This document shows, one piece after another, positions 1 to 8,746 of a stretch of 64,000 nt of DNA. Both the position numbers and the translations under genes were made by a program. The stretch is taken from NCBI GenBank assembly GCA_964436655.1, contig CAYTDX010000001.1, positions 14,993 through 78,992 of the forward strand. The letters are read 5' to 3'. Under the pieces are notes generated by a model. The model did no database searches and was not told the DNA's origin. It was given only the letters and a program-made list of their open reading frames with translations. Every line of letters starts with the position of its first letter. The stretch's first letter is position 1. Origin of the DNA: an uncultured Caldimicrobium sp. (GTDB lineage: Bacteria > Desulfobacterota > Thermodesulfobacteria > Thermodesulfobacteriales > Thermodesulfobacteriaceae).

Positions 1-809
1 GAAAAACCAGCACCTTAACCCTTCAAAGGGCAGATTATATCCCCTGGGATGAGATTGAGGATTCTATTCATCTGGCAAAGAAAAGGGAAGGAGAATACGA
101 TTGTTTAACCTTCACAGGAAGTGGGGAACCAACCCTTAATATTCACTTTGAAAGGGCTATTTATCTGGCTAAAGAGCTTATAAAAAAGCCTATTGCAGTC
201 TTAACCAATAGTAGCACCCTGCACCTTGAAAGTGTAAGAAGGGCCCTTTCTGAGGTCAATCTGGTGCTGGCTTCCTTAGATTGCGCTACTGAGAGGTCCT
301 TTAGGCTTTTAAATCGTCCGGTAGAGGCACTAAAACTTGATACCATCTTAGAAGGGTTAAAGGTCCTCCGGGAGGAGATGCAGGGTGAGCTCTGGCTTGA
401 GATCTTGCTTGTAAAGGGAATCAATGATCAACCTGAGGATATAATAGCTCTGAAAGAGGCTATTTCCATAATCAGGCCCCACAGGGTCCAATTGAATACA
501 GTGGTCAGACCCCCGGCTTATAAGATTGCCCAGCCTCTTTCTCTTGAAGAACTTGAAAGAACTTGTGCCATCCTTGGAGAATCTGCAGAGGTTATCACTC
601 CAAAGGAAAGGATCTTCCAGTCTCAAGAGATCAAAGAGGGTCTCACTGAAAAAATTCTTGATTATCTTGCAAGAAGACCGGCTCCAATTTCAGAGCTGAA
701 GGCCCTTTTTGGTGAAAACACTGAGCTTTCCAAGCTTTTAGAAGAATTGGTGGTTTCTGGAAGGCTGAAAAGGGTTCTGCATCAAAAAGAGATCTTTTAT
801 TCCACTTAA
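1..809 (+). CDS. Radical SAM domain protein, 5'-truncated by the window edge, with a C-terminal winged-helix-like tail
   Basis: Frame 3 is open from base 3 with no stop before 809. The translation (TFTGSGEPTLN...VLTNSSTL...LASLDC...LVKGINDQ) matches radical-SAM core strands. The CxxxCxxC motif would lie upstream of the window. Confidence 0.7.
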   Translation, partial: KTSTLTLQRADYIPWDEIEDSIHLAKKREGEYDCLTFTGSGEPTLNIHFERAIYLAKELIKKPIAVLTNSSTLHLESVRRALSEVNLVLASLDCATERSFRLLNRPVEALKLDTILEGLKVLREEMQGELWLEILLVKGINDQPEDIIALKEAISIIRPHRVQLNTVVRPPAYKIAQPLSLEELERTCAILGESAEVITPKERIFQSQEIKEGLTEKILDYLARRPAPISELKALFGENTELSKLLEELVVSGRLKRVLHQKEIFYST

Positions 810-816
810 GGGTTCA

Positions 817-1377
817 GTGAGTTCCTTGGCCTTAGCTCCCGAAAAAAGGGCTTTCTATAAAAAGGTCATTGAGGCCCTGCTTTTCTGCGCAGGAAAACCT
901 CTTAAAATCAAAGATCTTCAATGCATAATTGAAGACTTATCTACCTCTGAGATAAAGGAGATCCTTGAGGAACTGATGATGGAATATGGCCAGAGGGGTT
1001 TAAGAATTGTGGAGGTTGCCTCAGGATACAGGGTTGAATCCGCCTCTGAGGTTGCTGATTATCTGAAAAAATTCTTTCAGCCCCAGGGCATTAAATGGAC
1101 AAGGGCTCTTCTTGAAACCCTTGCTGTGATTGCCTATTTTCAACCCATTACCAGAGCAGAAATTTCCGCTAAAAGAGGTGGAGTGGAGGTTGGGCCTCTC
1201 ATAAAGAGTCTTCTTGAAAGGGGATTCATCAAAATAGTGGGTAGGAAGTCTGTGCCGGGAAGACCGGCCCTTTATGGCACCACATCTTTTTTTCTTGAAT
1301 ATTTCGGATTAAAATCCCTCCAGGATTTACCACCTCTTGCAGAGATTGAAAAACTTCTTCAAAGGGAGGAAGAATGA
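817..1377 (+). CDS. scpB: Segregation and condensation protein B (ScpB)
   Basis: 186 aa with a GTG start. ALLFCAGKPLKIKDL...ITRAEISAKRG...GRPALYGTT is typical of the tandem winged-helix ScpB. Confidence 0.85.
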   Translation: MSSLALAPEKRAFYKKVIEALLFCAGKPLKIKDLQCIIEDLSTSEIKEILEELMMEYGQRGLRIVEVASGYRVESASEVADYLKKFFQPQGIKWTRALLETLAVIAYFQPITRAEISAKRGGVEVGPLIKSLLERGFIKIVGRKSVPGRPALYGTTSFFLEYFGLKSLQDLPPLAEIEKLLQREEE

Positions 1378-2000
1378 TAGGAATTGTTGATTACCGGGCT
1401 GGCAATTTAACCAGTGTGGCAAGGGCCCTTGACTATCTTGGAATTCCCTGGATTATAAGTTCCGATCCTGAGAGACTCAGGGTCTGTGAAAGGATTATTT
1501 TTCCGGGAGTAGGGGCCGCCCGTTCTGCCATGGAGAGTCTGAGCAAATTCGGATTGGACGATCTCTTAAAGGAGGCCTTTGCCAGAGGGGTCCCTATAAT
1601 GGGGATCTGTCTTGGCACACAGATCATCATGGAAGAAAGTGAAGAGGACGGAGGCACAAAGACCCTTGGGCTTATCCCAGGTAAAGTCCGCCGGTTTCCC
1701 TATCCACTCACCTTTAATGGTGAAAAACTGAAGGTGCCTCACATGGGCTGGAATAGCGTATCCTGGCTAAAGGAACATCCTATTTTAAAGGAGATAGAGC
1801 CTGATTATGAATATTACTTTGTGCATAGTTATTATCCGCAACCTGAAAGTCCTGATGTCCTGCTGGGTGTAACCACCTATGGAATAACCTTTCCCTCAGG
1901 ACTTGTCTACAAAAATTTGGTGGCCTTCCAGTTTCATCCTGAAAAAAGTGGAAGACCTGGTTTAAAGTTGATAAAGAATTTCTGGGAGTGGAAAATATAG
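1374..2000 (+). CDS. hisH: Imidazole glycerol phosphate synthase, glutamine amidotransferase subunit HisH
   Basis: MIGIVDYRAGNLTSV N-terminus, GICLG nucleophile elbow and HSYY / FHPEKS motifs. 4-nt overlap with scpB. Confidence 0.9.
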   Translation: MIGIVDYRAGNLTSVARALDYLGIPWIISSDPERLRVCERIIFPGVGAARSAMESLSKFGLDDLLKEAFARGVPIMGICLGTQIIMEESEEDGGTKTLGLIPGKVRRFPYPLTFNGEKLKVPHMGWNSVSWLKEHPILKEIEPDYEYYFVHSYYPQPESPDVLLGVTTYGITFPSGLVYKNLVAFQFHPEKSGRPGLKLIKNFWEWKI

Positions 2001-2002
2001 TC

Positions 2003-2527
2003 TTATTTTTTCAGCGGGGCTAAAACTGTGATCATCTGTCTGCCCTCAAGCTTGGGAGGAGATTCCACCTGCCCCATTCCTTCAATGGCCTGAAAGATAG
2101 TTGCAAAGACCCTATCAGCCATTTCAGGGTGGCTTAGCTCCCTTCCCTTAAAGACAACCCTCACTTTTACCTTATTTTTCTCTTCAAGGAACCTCAAGAT
2201 GTGTTTGATTTTTACTTCTAAGTCATGTTTATCTGTCTTAGGGCTTAGTTTGATCTCCTTTACCTCAACCACGGCCTGTTTCTTTTTGGCCTCTTTGGCC
2301 TTCTTGGCCTCCTGATACAGGAATTCGCCAAAGTCCATTATTTTACAGACAGGTGGAGTAGCGGTAGGGGCAATCTCCACCAGGTCTAAACCATAATCTT
2401 CAGCCATCCTGAGGGCCTCTCTGAGGGGCACAATCCCAATTTGTTTACCCTCTGGCCCGATTAAGCGAACCTCCTGAGCCCTGATTTTTTCATTGATCCT
2501 GTACTTGTGCTTTAAATCCTTTTGCAT
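2003..2527 (-). CDS. infC: Translation initiation factor IF-3
   Basis: 174 aa. INEKIRAQEVRLIGPEGKQIG ... PPVCKIMDFGEF ... IKLSPKTDKHDLEVK are IF-3 N and C domain signatures. Confidence 0.9.
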   Translation of the reverse strand: MQKDLKHKYRINEKIRAQEVRLIGPEGKQIGIVPLREALRMAEDYGLDLVEIAPTATPPVCKIMDFGEFLYQEAKKAKEAKKKQAVVEVKEIKLSPKTDKHDLEVKIKHILRFLEEKNKVKVRVVFKGRELSHPEMADRVFATIFQAIEGMGQVESPPKLEGRQMITVLAPLKK

Positions 2528-2630
2528 CTCTTCCTCCTACGATTTATTTTATCACCCCCTTTTAAAGGTAGCCTTTGACCCTTTAATGGATTGCTTTTTC
2601 TTGGTATGGTGAGAAAAAAGGGAAGTTTCA

Positions 2631-4556
2631 TCAAGAGGATAAGGGTTGATTTTCAGCTTTGAGGGTTTCTATGAATTCAGAGAGGCTAACGCCCTGCCTA
2701 ACCTCACCGGTTCGTTTCCTGATGCTCAAGCACTGGGCTTCCTCTTCTTTGTCCCCAAGGATAATCATATAAGGCACCTTTTCAAGCTGAGCAGCTCTGA
2801 TCTTGTAGTTTATCTTTTCGCTTCTGAAATCAGTCTCAACGCGGAAGCCTGCTTTTTTAAGCTCCTGGGTTATCTTTTGGGCATAAGGTGTGTTTCTGTC
2901 TGTGAGGGTAAGGACCTTGATCTGCACCGGAGCAAGCCAGAGGGGGAAGGCCCCGGCGTAATGCTCAATGAGGACACCGAAAAATCTCTCCAAAGAACCA
3001 AGAAGGGCCCTATGGATCATAATGGGGCGGTGAAACTGATTGTCCTCTCCAACATAAACGAGATCAAATCTTTCCGGAAGATTAAAGTCCACCTGAATGG
3101 TGGAACATTGCCAGAAACGTCCAAGGACATCTTTGATCTTTAGATCAATCTTTGGTCCGTAAAAGACCCCCTCTCCAGGATCTACTTCATAGGCAAGGCC
3201 CTTGTGCTCTAAGGCCATCTTCAGGGCCCCTTCGGCCTTATCCCAGATGGCAGGTTCACCCACAAATTTATCCGGTCTTGTGGAAAGATAGATCTGATAT
3301 TCTTCAAAACCAAAAAGCCTGAGAAAATAGATGACAAGATCCAGAACCTGAATTAATTCCTCTTCCAACTGGTCTTCTCTACAAAAGATGTGGGCATCAT
3401 CCTGGGTGAATCCCCTGACCCTGAGAAGTCCATGTAAAACCCCACTTCTCTCAAAGCGATAGACTGTTCCCAGCTCACAGAGTCTTATTGGAAAGTCCCG
3501 ATAACTTCTTCTCCTTTGATTGTAAATGTAGATGTGGAAGGGACAATTCATGGGCTTTACTTGATAGGTCCTATTCTCAAACTCCATGGGAGGGAACATG
3601 TTTTCTGCGTAAAAATCAAGATGTCCTGAGGTCTTCCAGAGGTCCCTTAAGGCAAGATGAGGGGTATAAACAAGCTGGTAATCCCTCTTCAGATGCTCCT
3701 CTTTCCAGAAGTCCTCAATTATTTTCCTGATGAGGGCCCCTTTGGGAAGCCAGATGACCAGCCCGGGCCCGATGTCTTCCTCTATAGTGAAGAGCTCAAG
3801 GTCTTTACCGAGCTTGCGATGGTCTCGCCTTTTTACCTCCTCTAACCAGTTGAGATAGCCCTTAAGATCCTCTTCACTGAAAAAAGCTGTGCCATAAATT
3901 CGCCAGAGCATGGGATTCCTCTCATCTCCTCTCCAGTAAGCCCCAGCAACCGATAGAAGCTTGAGGGCCTTAACCTGGCCTGTGGAGAGAAGATGAGGCC
4001 CTCTGCAAAGATCAACAAAATCTCCCTGTGTGTAAATACTTACCCTGTCTTCAGGAAACTCGGCAATCAATTCAAGCTTAAAGTCTTCATGAATCCTGGA
4101 AAAAAGCTCTTTGGCCTCCTCCTTGGAGAGTTCTTTTCGTTCAAGGGGAAGATTTTTTTTGATGAGCTCCCTTATTTTTTTCTCAAGGTTCTTAAGATCA
4201 TCTTCGGTAAAGGGTCTTTCATAGGCAATATCGTAGTAAAAGCCTTCATCTATGGCAGGGCCTATACCGAGCTTGGCCCCTGGAAAGAGCTCCTTTACCG
4301 CCTGGGCAAGGATATGAGAGGCGGTATGTCTCAAAACCTCTAAGGCCTCAGGTGAATCCTGATAAATGGGGTCAACATAAATCTTTTCTGCGCTATCAGG
4401 AAGGGGGGTATGCCAGTCGTAGATCTCTCCGTTGATTTTAAAGGCCAAGGGAAGCTTTTTGAAATCCTGTAACTTTTTGATTTCAGGAATAAGCCTTTTG
4501 AGGGGTTGATGAGGGGGGAGTTGAAATTCTCCCAGATCTTTGATGATGACCTTCAA
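2631..4556 (-). CDS. thrS: Threonyl-tRNA synthetase
   Basis: 641 aa with a TGS domain, HTASHILAQAV editing motif, class II core (RVRGFTQDDAHIF, FYGPKID) and an anticodon-binding tail. Confidence 0.95.
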   Translation of the reverse strand: MKVIIKDLGEFQLPPHQPLKRLIPEIKKLQDFKKLPLAFKINGEIYDWHTPLPDSAEKIYVDPIYQDSPEALEVLRHTASHILAQAVKELFPGAKLGIGPAIDEGFYYDIAYERPFTEDDLKNLEKKIRELIKKNLPLERKELSKEEAKELFSRIHEDFKLELIAEFPEDRVSIYTQGDFVDLCRGPHLLSTGQVKALKLLSVAGAYWRGDERNPMLWRIYGTAFFSEEDLKGYLNWLEEVKRRDHRKLGKDLELFTIEEDIGPGLVIWLPKGALIRKIIEDFWKEEHLKRDYQLVYTPHLALRDLWKTSGHLDFYAENMFPPMEFENRTYQVKPMNCPFHIYIYNQRRRSYRDFPIRLCELGTVYRFERSGVLHGLLRVRGFTQDDAHIFCREDQLEEELIQVLDLVIYFLRLFGFEEYQIYLSTRPDKFVGEPAIWDKAEGALKMALEHKGLAYEVDPGEGVFYGPKIDLKIKDVLGRFWQCSTIQVDFNLPERFDLVYVGEDNQFHRPIMIHRALLGSLERFFGVLIEHYAGAFPLWLAPVQIKVLTLTDRNTPYAQKITQELKKAGFRVETDFRSEKINYKIRAAQLEKVPYMIILGDKEEEAQCLSIRKRTGEVRQGVSLSEFIETLKAENQPLSS

Positions 4557-4594
4557 CTTTTGCCTTTTTAACTCCTTTGGGTTTAAGGATTAAA

Positions 4595-4669
4595 TGGTAG
4601 GCGCGGGCGGGATCGAACCGCCGACCTCTTGCGCGTCAAGCAAGCGCTCTCCCACTGAGCTACGCGCCT
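4595..4669 (-). tRNA. tRNA-Val (anticodon GAC), CCA encoded
   Basis: Manual cloverleaf: acceptor AGGCGCG/CGCGCCU, D arm GCUC-AGUGGGA-GAGC, anticodon stem CUUGC/GCAAG with loop UUGACGC, T arm GGCGG-UUCGAUC-CCGCC, then A-CCA. 75 nt. Confidence 0.85.
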
Positions 4670-4740
4670 TCGTTAGATGAGTATTTAAGATAACCAAAAA
4701 AATCTTCTTGTCAAGAGGGCTGGGGATGTATGTTTTTCAA

Positions 4741-4767
4741 TGCAGGCTAAAGGTCTTGAGGATTACC
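4741..4767. repeat. Single degenerate REP-like hairpin unit
   Basis: GCAGGCTAAAGGTCTTGAGGATTACC matches the CGCAGGCTAAAGGTCTTGCG-GCTACC unit seen at the other loci. Confidence 0.6.
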
Positions 4768-4825
4768 TTGGTTGTTAATTTGAAAGCTGGGGTTATACTT
4801 TATAAAAATCTTACCCTGTGCCAAA

Positions 4826-5458
4826 ATGAAGGTAACCTCGATCTTTAATGAGTTTTCCAAGCAATACGATTTGTGGTATGAAAAAAATAAAGCCCTTTAT
4901 ATCTCCGAAATTTCTGCCATAAAGCCCCACTTAGAGGCTGGTTTATCCCTTGAAGTGGGGGTGGGTTCAGGTAGATTTGCAGGCCCCTTGAAGGTTGATT
5001 TTGGAGTTGATCCCTCCTTTGAAATGCTTAAAATGGCTAAAGATCGTGGAATAAAGGTCCTGAGAGGAGTAGCTGAAAATCTACCTTTTAAAAAAGAGAT
5101 ATTTGATTCAGTCTTATTGGTAGTGACCCTTTGCTTTTTGAAGGAACCTGAGGTCTCTCTTCTTGAGATAAAAAGGGTTCTTAAATCTGAGGGAAGAATA
5201 ATTGTTGCTTTCGTGGATAAAGATAGTTTTCTGGGAAAGATTTATCTTGACAAAAAGGATAAAAGTGTCTTCTATCAGGAGGCACAATTTTACTCCTCCT
5301 CTGAGGTTTGCGAACTCCTTGAGAAAGCAGGTTTTAAGCCCTTGCTTTTCACACAGACCCTTTTTAGGCCCCCTGAGGAGATTACCCAGCCTGAACCTGT
5401 AAAAGAAGGTTATGGTGAAGGTGGCTTTGTGGTTATTTCAGCTAAAAAGACCTCATGA
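4826..5458 (+). CDS. Class I SAM-dependent methyltransferase (type 11 / UbiE-like)
   Basis: 210 aa. LEVGVGSGRF SAM motif I followed by a D-x-S-x-x-ML pattern. Confidence 0.7.
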   Translation: MKVTSIFNEFSKQYDLWYEKNKALYISEISAIKPHLEAGLSLEVGVGSGRFAGPLKVDFGVDPSFEMLKMAKDRGIKVLRGVAENLPFKKEIFDSVLLVVTLCFLKEPEVSLLEIKRVLKSEGRIIVAFVDKDSFLGKIYLDKKDKSVFYQEAQFYSSSEVCELLEKAGFKPLLFTQTLFRPPEEITQPEPVKEGYGEGGFVVISAKKTS

Positions 5459-6129
5459 GGCCAGGCTTATCTGTCATTATCCCAACTCTTAACGAGGAAA
5501 AGGCTCTTCCCTTAACCTTAAAATCCCTTGAACTTCTTGACCCCGATGAGGTGCTGGTTGTTGATGGTGGAAGTGAGGATAATACCCGAGAAATCGCAGA
5601 ATCCTATGATGCAAAGGTAATACCCAGTAAAAAGGGTAGGGGACTTCAGTTAAGAAAAGGGGCAGAATTGGCTCAAGGGGACCTTCTTTTTTTCATGCAC
5701 GCAGATTGTATAATCTTAGATAAAATTAATCTCAGAGACTTATATGGCTCTGGCCTAAGGGCTGGTTTTTTGAAATTAGTGTATAACGACAACAGGTTTT
5801 CTATCAAAGTCCTTGAAAGCTTAATCAATCTCAGGGCAAGATTACTGCATCTACCCTACGGGGATCAGGGGCTTTTCATTGAGAAAACCCTTTATGAAAA
5901 GATAGGTGGTTTCAAGGATTATCCCTTTCTTGAAGACTTTGACCTTGTTTTGCGTTTAAGGAAAGTCTTTCCCCCTAAAGAACTTCCGGGAAGGATCCTT
6001 GTCTCTCCCAGAAAGTTTAATAGTTCCAATCCCCTTTATCCCTTTTGGGTTAGCCTTAGAAATAATTTTATACTCCTAAGCTTTTTACTTGGAAAATCTC
6101 CTGAATATTTAAGAAAATTTTATAAATAA
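5455..6129 (+). CDS. Family 2 glycosyltransferase-like protein (the type annotated as rSAM/selenodomain-associated transferase 2)
   Basis: LSVIIPTLNEEKAL start typical of GT2, then VVDGGSEDNT and DQGLF motifs. 4-nt overlap with the preceding methyltransferase. Confidence 0.7.
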   Translation: MRPGLSVIIPTLNEEKALPLTLKSLELLDPDEVLVVDGGSEDNTREIAESYDAKVIPSKKGRGLQLRKGAELAQGDLLFFMHADCIILDKINLRDLYGSGLRAGFLKLVYNDNRFSIKVLESLINLRARLLHLPYGDQGLFIEKTLYEKIGGFKDYPFLEDFDLVLRLRKVFPPKELPGRILVSPRKFNSSNPLYPFWVSLRNNFILLSFLLGKSPEYLRKFYK

Positions 6130-6155
6130 CAGAGAACTTCTTTATATTTTTCTAT

Positions 6156-6184
6156 TTGACAGGGTAACCATTAAAGTTTATAAT
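6156..6184 (+). promoter_or_regulatory. Consensus sigma70-type promoter for the rhodanese / arsM-arsS operon
   Basis: TTGACA (6156-6161), a 17-nt spacer, then TATAAT (6179-6184). It sits 56 nt upstream of the ATG at 6240, which is preceded by AGGAGG. Confidence 0.55.
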
Positions 6185-6239
6185 ATTAAAATCTTTTATA
6201 TCCCTAAAGGACAAATAAAAAAACTTCAGGAGGTGTGAG

Positions 6240-6677
6240 ATGAGAGGAGTTGTTTTAAGGGTTTGGGGGGTTATGTTTTTAGGGCTCTTGGCAATTCTTT
6301 TTATGGCCAAAGCCTCTCTTGCCACTAATTTTCTTGAGCCAGAGGAGTTTAAAAAGTGGCTCCAAACAGGTAAGAAGGTTATCATTGTTGATATCCAGCC
6401 ACATGAGGATTTTGTGAAGCATCACTTCAAGGGGTCTATTGAGACCAATGCCTTTCCTGCCAATAATGACGCTTTGAGAAAAAGGATTGACAAGGCTCTT
6501 CCGATAATTAACAAATCCAATGACCCTGTGGTTGTTATCTGCCCCAGGGGTAAGAGTGGGGCTCAAAATACCTATGATTATCTGAAATCTAAGGGTGTTC
6601 CTGAATCAAGGCTTTACATCCTTAAGGGTGGTATAGCAGGCTGGCCCTATCCAGAACTTTTTGAGAAAGGCAACTAA
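6240..6677 (+). CDS. Exported single-domain rhodanese (sulfurtransferase)
   Basis: Hydrophobic signal-like N-terminus (VMFLGLLAILFMAKASLA) and a rhodanese active-site loop (ICPRGKSG). Confidence 0.8.
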   Translation: MRGVVLRVWGVMFLGLLAILFMAKASLATNFLEPEEFKKWLQTGKKVIIVDIQPHEDFVKHHFKGSIETNAFPANNDALRKRIDKALPIINKSNDPVVVICPRGKSGAQNTYDYLKSKGVPESRLYILKGGIAGWPYPELFEKGN

Positions 6678-8746
6678 TGCAAGTAGAATCAGCTGTTCTT
6701 GATACCTACAAAAGGGCAGCAAAGTCAAAGGAGGTCCGTCTTTGCTGCCCTGTGAGCTACACCCGTCCTGAGCTTTTAAAGGTCATTCCAGAAGAGATCC
6801 TTGAAAGAGATTATGGCTGTGGTGATCCCACCCAGTTTGTTAGAGAAGGAGAAATAGTTCTTGATCTCGGATCGGGTTCAGGCAAGCACTGCTACATGAT
6901 AGCCCAAATCGTAGGCCCAAAGGGCAAGGTCATTGGGGTGGATTTCAATGACGAGATGCTTGCCTTAGCGAGAAAGTATCAAAGGGAAATTGCCGGCAGA
7001 CTGGGTTATTTTAACACAGAGTTTCGCAAGGCCCATATTCAAAATCTGAGACTTGATCTTGAAAAAGTTGATAGGTATCTCAGAGATAATCCTCTGAGGA
7101 GTTCAGAAGACCTCATCAAGTTCAAAGAGTTTACTAAGGCTCTTATGGAGAGGGAACCACTTATTCCCGACAACTCAATTGATACCGTAGTTTCAAACTG
7201 TGTGCTGAACCTTGTGAGGGAGGACGAAAAGGAAAGGCTTTTTAACGAGATCTTTCGGGTGCTGAAATCAGGAGGAAGGGCGGTCATAAGTGATATTGTT
7301 TCGGATGAAGATGTGCCTGAACACCTCAAAGAGGATCCCGAGCTCTGGTCTGGTTGTATATCCGGTGCCCTGAGGGAGGATAGATTCCTTTCTGCCTTTT
7401 TGAAGGCGGGTTTTGGCAGTGTAAGGATTCTCAAATACGAAGAAAAGCCCTGGCAGGTAGTTGAGGGCATTGAATTCAGATCCATAACAATTGAGGCTGT
7501 GAAAGGGAAAAAGGGAGCCTGCATAGACAGGGGACACGCGGTAATTTATCTTGGGCCCTTCTTAAGGGTGGAAGATCCAGAGGGTCACATCTATGAAGTG
7601 GGCAAGAGAGTTGCGGTTTGTGAGAGGACCTTTGAGAATTTAAAGAAATTCGCCAAAGATCAGTTCGTTTTCATTGAGCCTGCTAAAAAATTACCTCCCA
7701 AGCCTTTCCCATGCGGGGAAAAGATTATCTATCGTTCACCAAAGGAGACCAAAGGTGGCAAATGGGAAAGTCTCGCTTTAGATGGCCCTTCTTGCTGTGC
7801 ACCAGGTGAGTTCATATCCTTTTCAGCGAAAATGAAAAACCTTGGGGTCAAACTTAAAAAGAGGACCATTGAGACCATTCAAATTAACTTGGGGACACGA
7901 TGTAACCTTCAATGCCGGCACTGCCATCTTCAGGCTGGACCAAAGGGTACGCTTATGGAGGATAAGGTCCTTTGGGCCTGTGTTGAGCTTTTAAAGAAAA
8001 ATCCCGGAAGAATCCTTGATATTACTGGGGGAGCACCTGAACTTCATCCAAGGATTAGAGACTTCATTGCCGAGGCCAAACCCTATGTTAAAGATATCTA
8101 TTTTCGCACCAATCTTGTGGCCCTTTTAGAGAAGGAAACCCTCATGGATTTTCTGGCAAAAGTTGGGGTGAAGATCATCGGGTCCTTCCCTGACTTAGTG
8201 GAAAAGAAGGCCGACTTTTTCAGGGGGAACGGCTTTTACAAAGGAGCTTTCCTGGCCTTAAGGAGGTTAAATCAATTCGGCTTTGGGAAAAATTTACCCC
8301 TCTATCTCATGGTTAATCCCACTGAATTAACCTTAGCCCCTGAAGAAAAGACGGTGAAAAGGGAATATCAGGAATTTTTTGAAAAGGAGGGGCTACACTT
8401 TACAGACCTCTTTGTGCTCAATAATTTACCCATCGGACGCTTTAAGACCTATCTCTCTAAAAAAGGTAAACTCAAGGCCTATTATCAGCTTCTTTATGCC
8501 AATTTTAATCAAGAAACCCTCAGTAAGCTAATGTGTCTAAGTCTTCTCAATATAAGAGCAGATGGTACCCTTTATGATTGCGATTTTAATCAGGCCTTAA
8601 GGTTAAAAATAAAGACCCCTGGAAATATCTTTGAACTTCTGGAAACAGGGCTTAAAGTTTTAGAAGGTAGGCCCATTCTTTTAGGAGACCATTGCTATGG
8701 ATGTACAGCCCTCTTTGGAACAGGCTGTTTCGGAGCTCTTACATAG
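6677..8746 (+). CDS. Fusion protein: ArsM-type (arsenite) SAM methyltransferase N-terminal half plus ArsS-type radical SAM / Cys-rich domain C-terminal half
   Basis: N-terminal half: LCCP, DYGCGDP, LDLGSGSG, SNCVLNL and WSGCISGA match the conserved ArsM cysteines and SAM motif. C-terminal half: CNLQCRHC radical SAM triad and a terminal DHCYGCTALFGTGCFGAL Cys-rich motif. Confidence 0.8.
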   Translation: MQVESAVLDTYKRAAKSKEVRLCCPVSYTRPELLKVIPEEILERDYGCGDPTQFVREGEIVLDLGSGSGKHCYMIAQIVGPKGKVIGVDFNDEMLALARKYQREIAGRLGYFNTEFRKAHIQNLRLDLEKVDRYLRDNPLRSSEDLIKFKEFTKALMEREPLIPDNSIDTVVSNCVLNLVREDEKERLFNEIFRVLKSGGRAVISDIVSDEDVPEHLKEDPELWSGCISGALREDRFLSAFLKAGFGSVRILKYEEKPWQVVEGIEFRSITIEAVKGKKGACIDRGHAVIYLGPFLRVEDPEGHIYEVGKRVAVCERTFENLKKFAKDQFVFIEPAKKLPPKPFPCGEKIIYRSPKETKGGKWESLALDGPSCCAPGEFISFSAKMKNLGVKLKKRTIETIQINLGTRCNLQCRHCHLQAGPKGTLMEDKVLWACVELLKKNPGRILDITGGAPELHPRIRDFIAEAKPYVKDIYFRTNLVALLEKETLMDFLAKVGVKIIGSFPDLVEKKADFFRGNGFYKGAFLALRRLNQFGFGKNLPLYLMVNPTELTLAPEEKTVKREYQEFFEKEGLHFTDLFVLNNLPIGRFKTYLSKKGKLKAYYQLLYANFNQETLSKLMCLSLLNIRADGTLYDCDFNQALRLKIKTPGNIFELLETGLKVLEGRPILLGDHCYGCTALFGTGCFGALT

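Noticed and set aside
2646-4343. Several 62-165 aa plus-strand ORFs inside thrS, and similar antisense ORFs inside most large genes
   Set aside because: They are antisense to strongly supported genes and their sequences are low-complexity. Such shadow ORFs are typical of this kind of codon composition.
6152-6385. 77-aa minus-strand ORF
   Set aside because: It overlaps the consensus promoter and the signal-peptide region of the rhodanese gene, and matches no family.
8686-8746. TGA-encoded selenocysteine in the ArsS-type C-terminal Cys-rich motif
   Set aside because: All cysteines in DHCYGCTALFGTGCFGAL are encoded by TGC/TGT. The frame ends at a TAG, and I saw nothing that suggests read-through.
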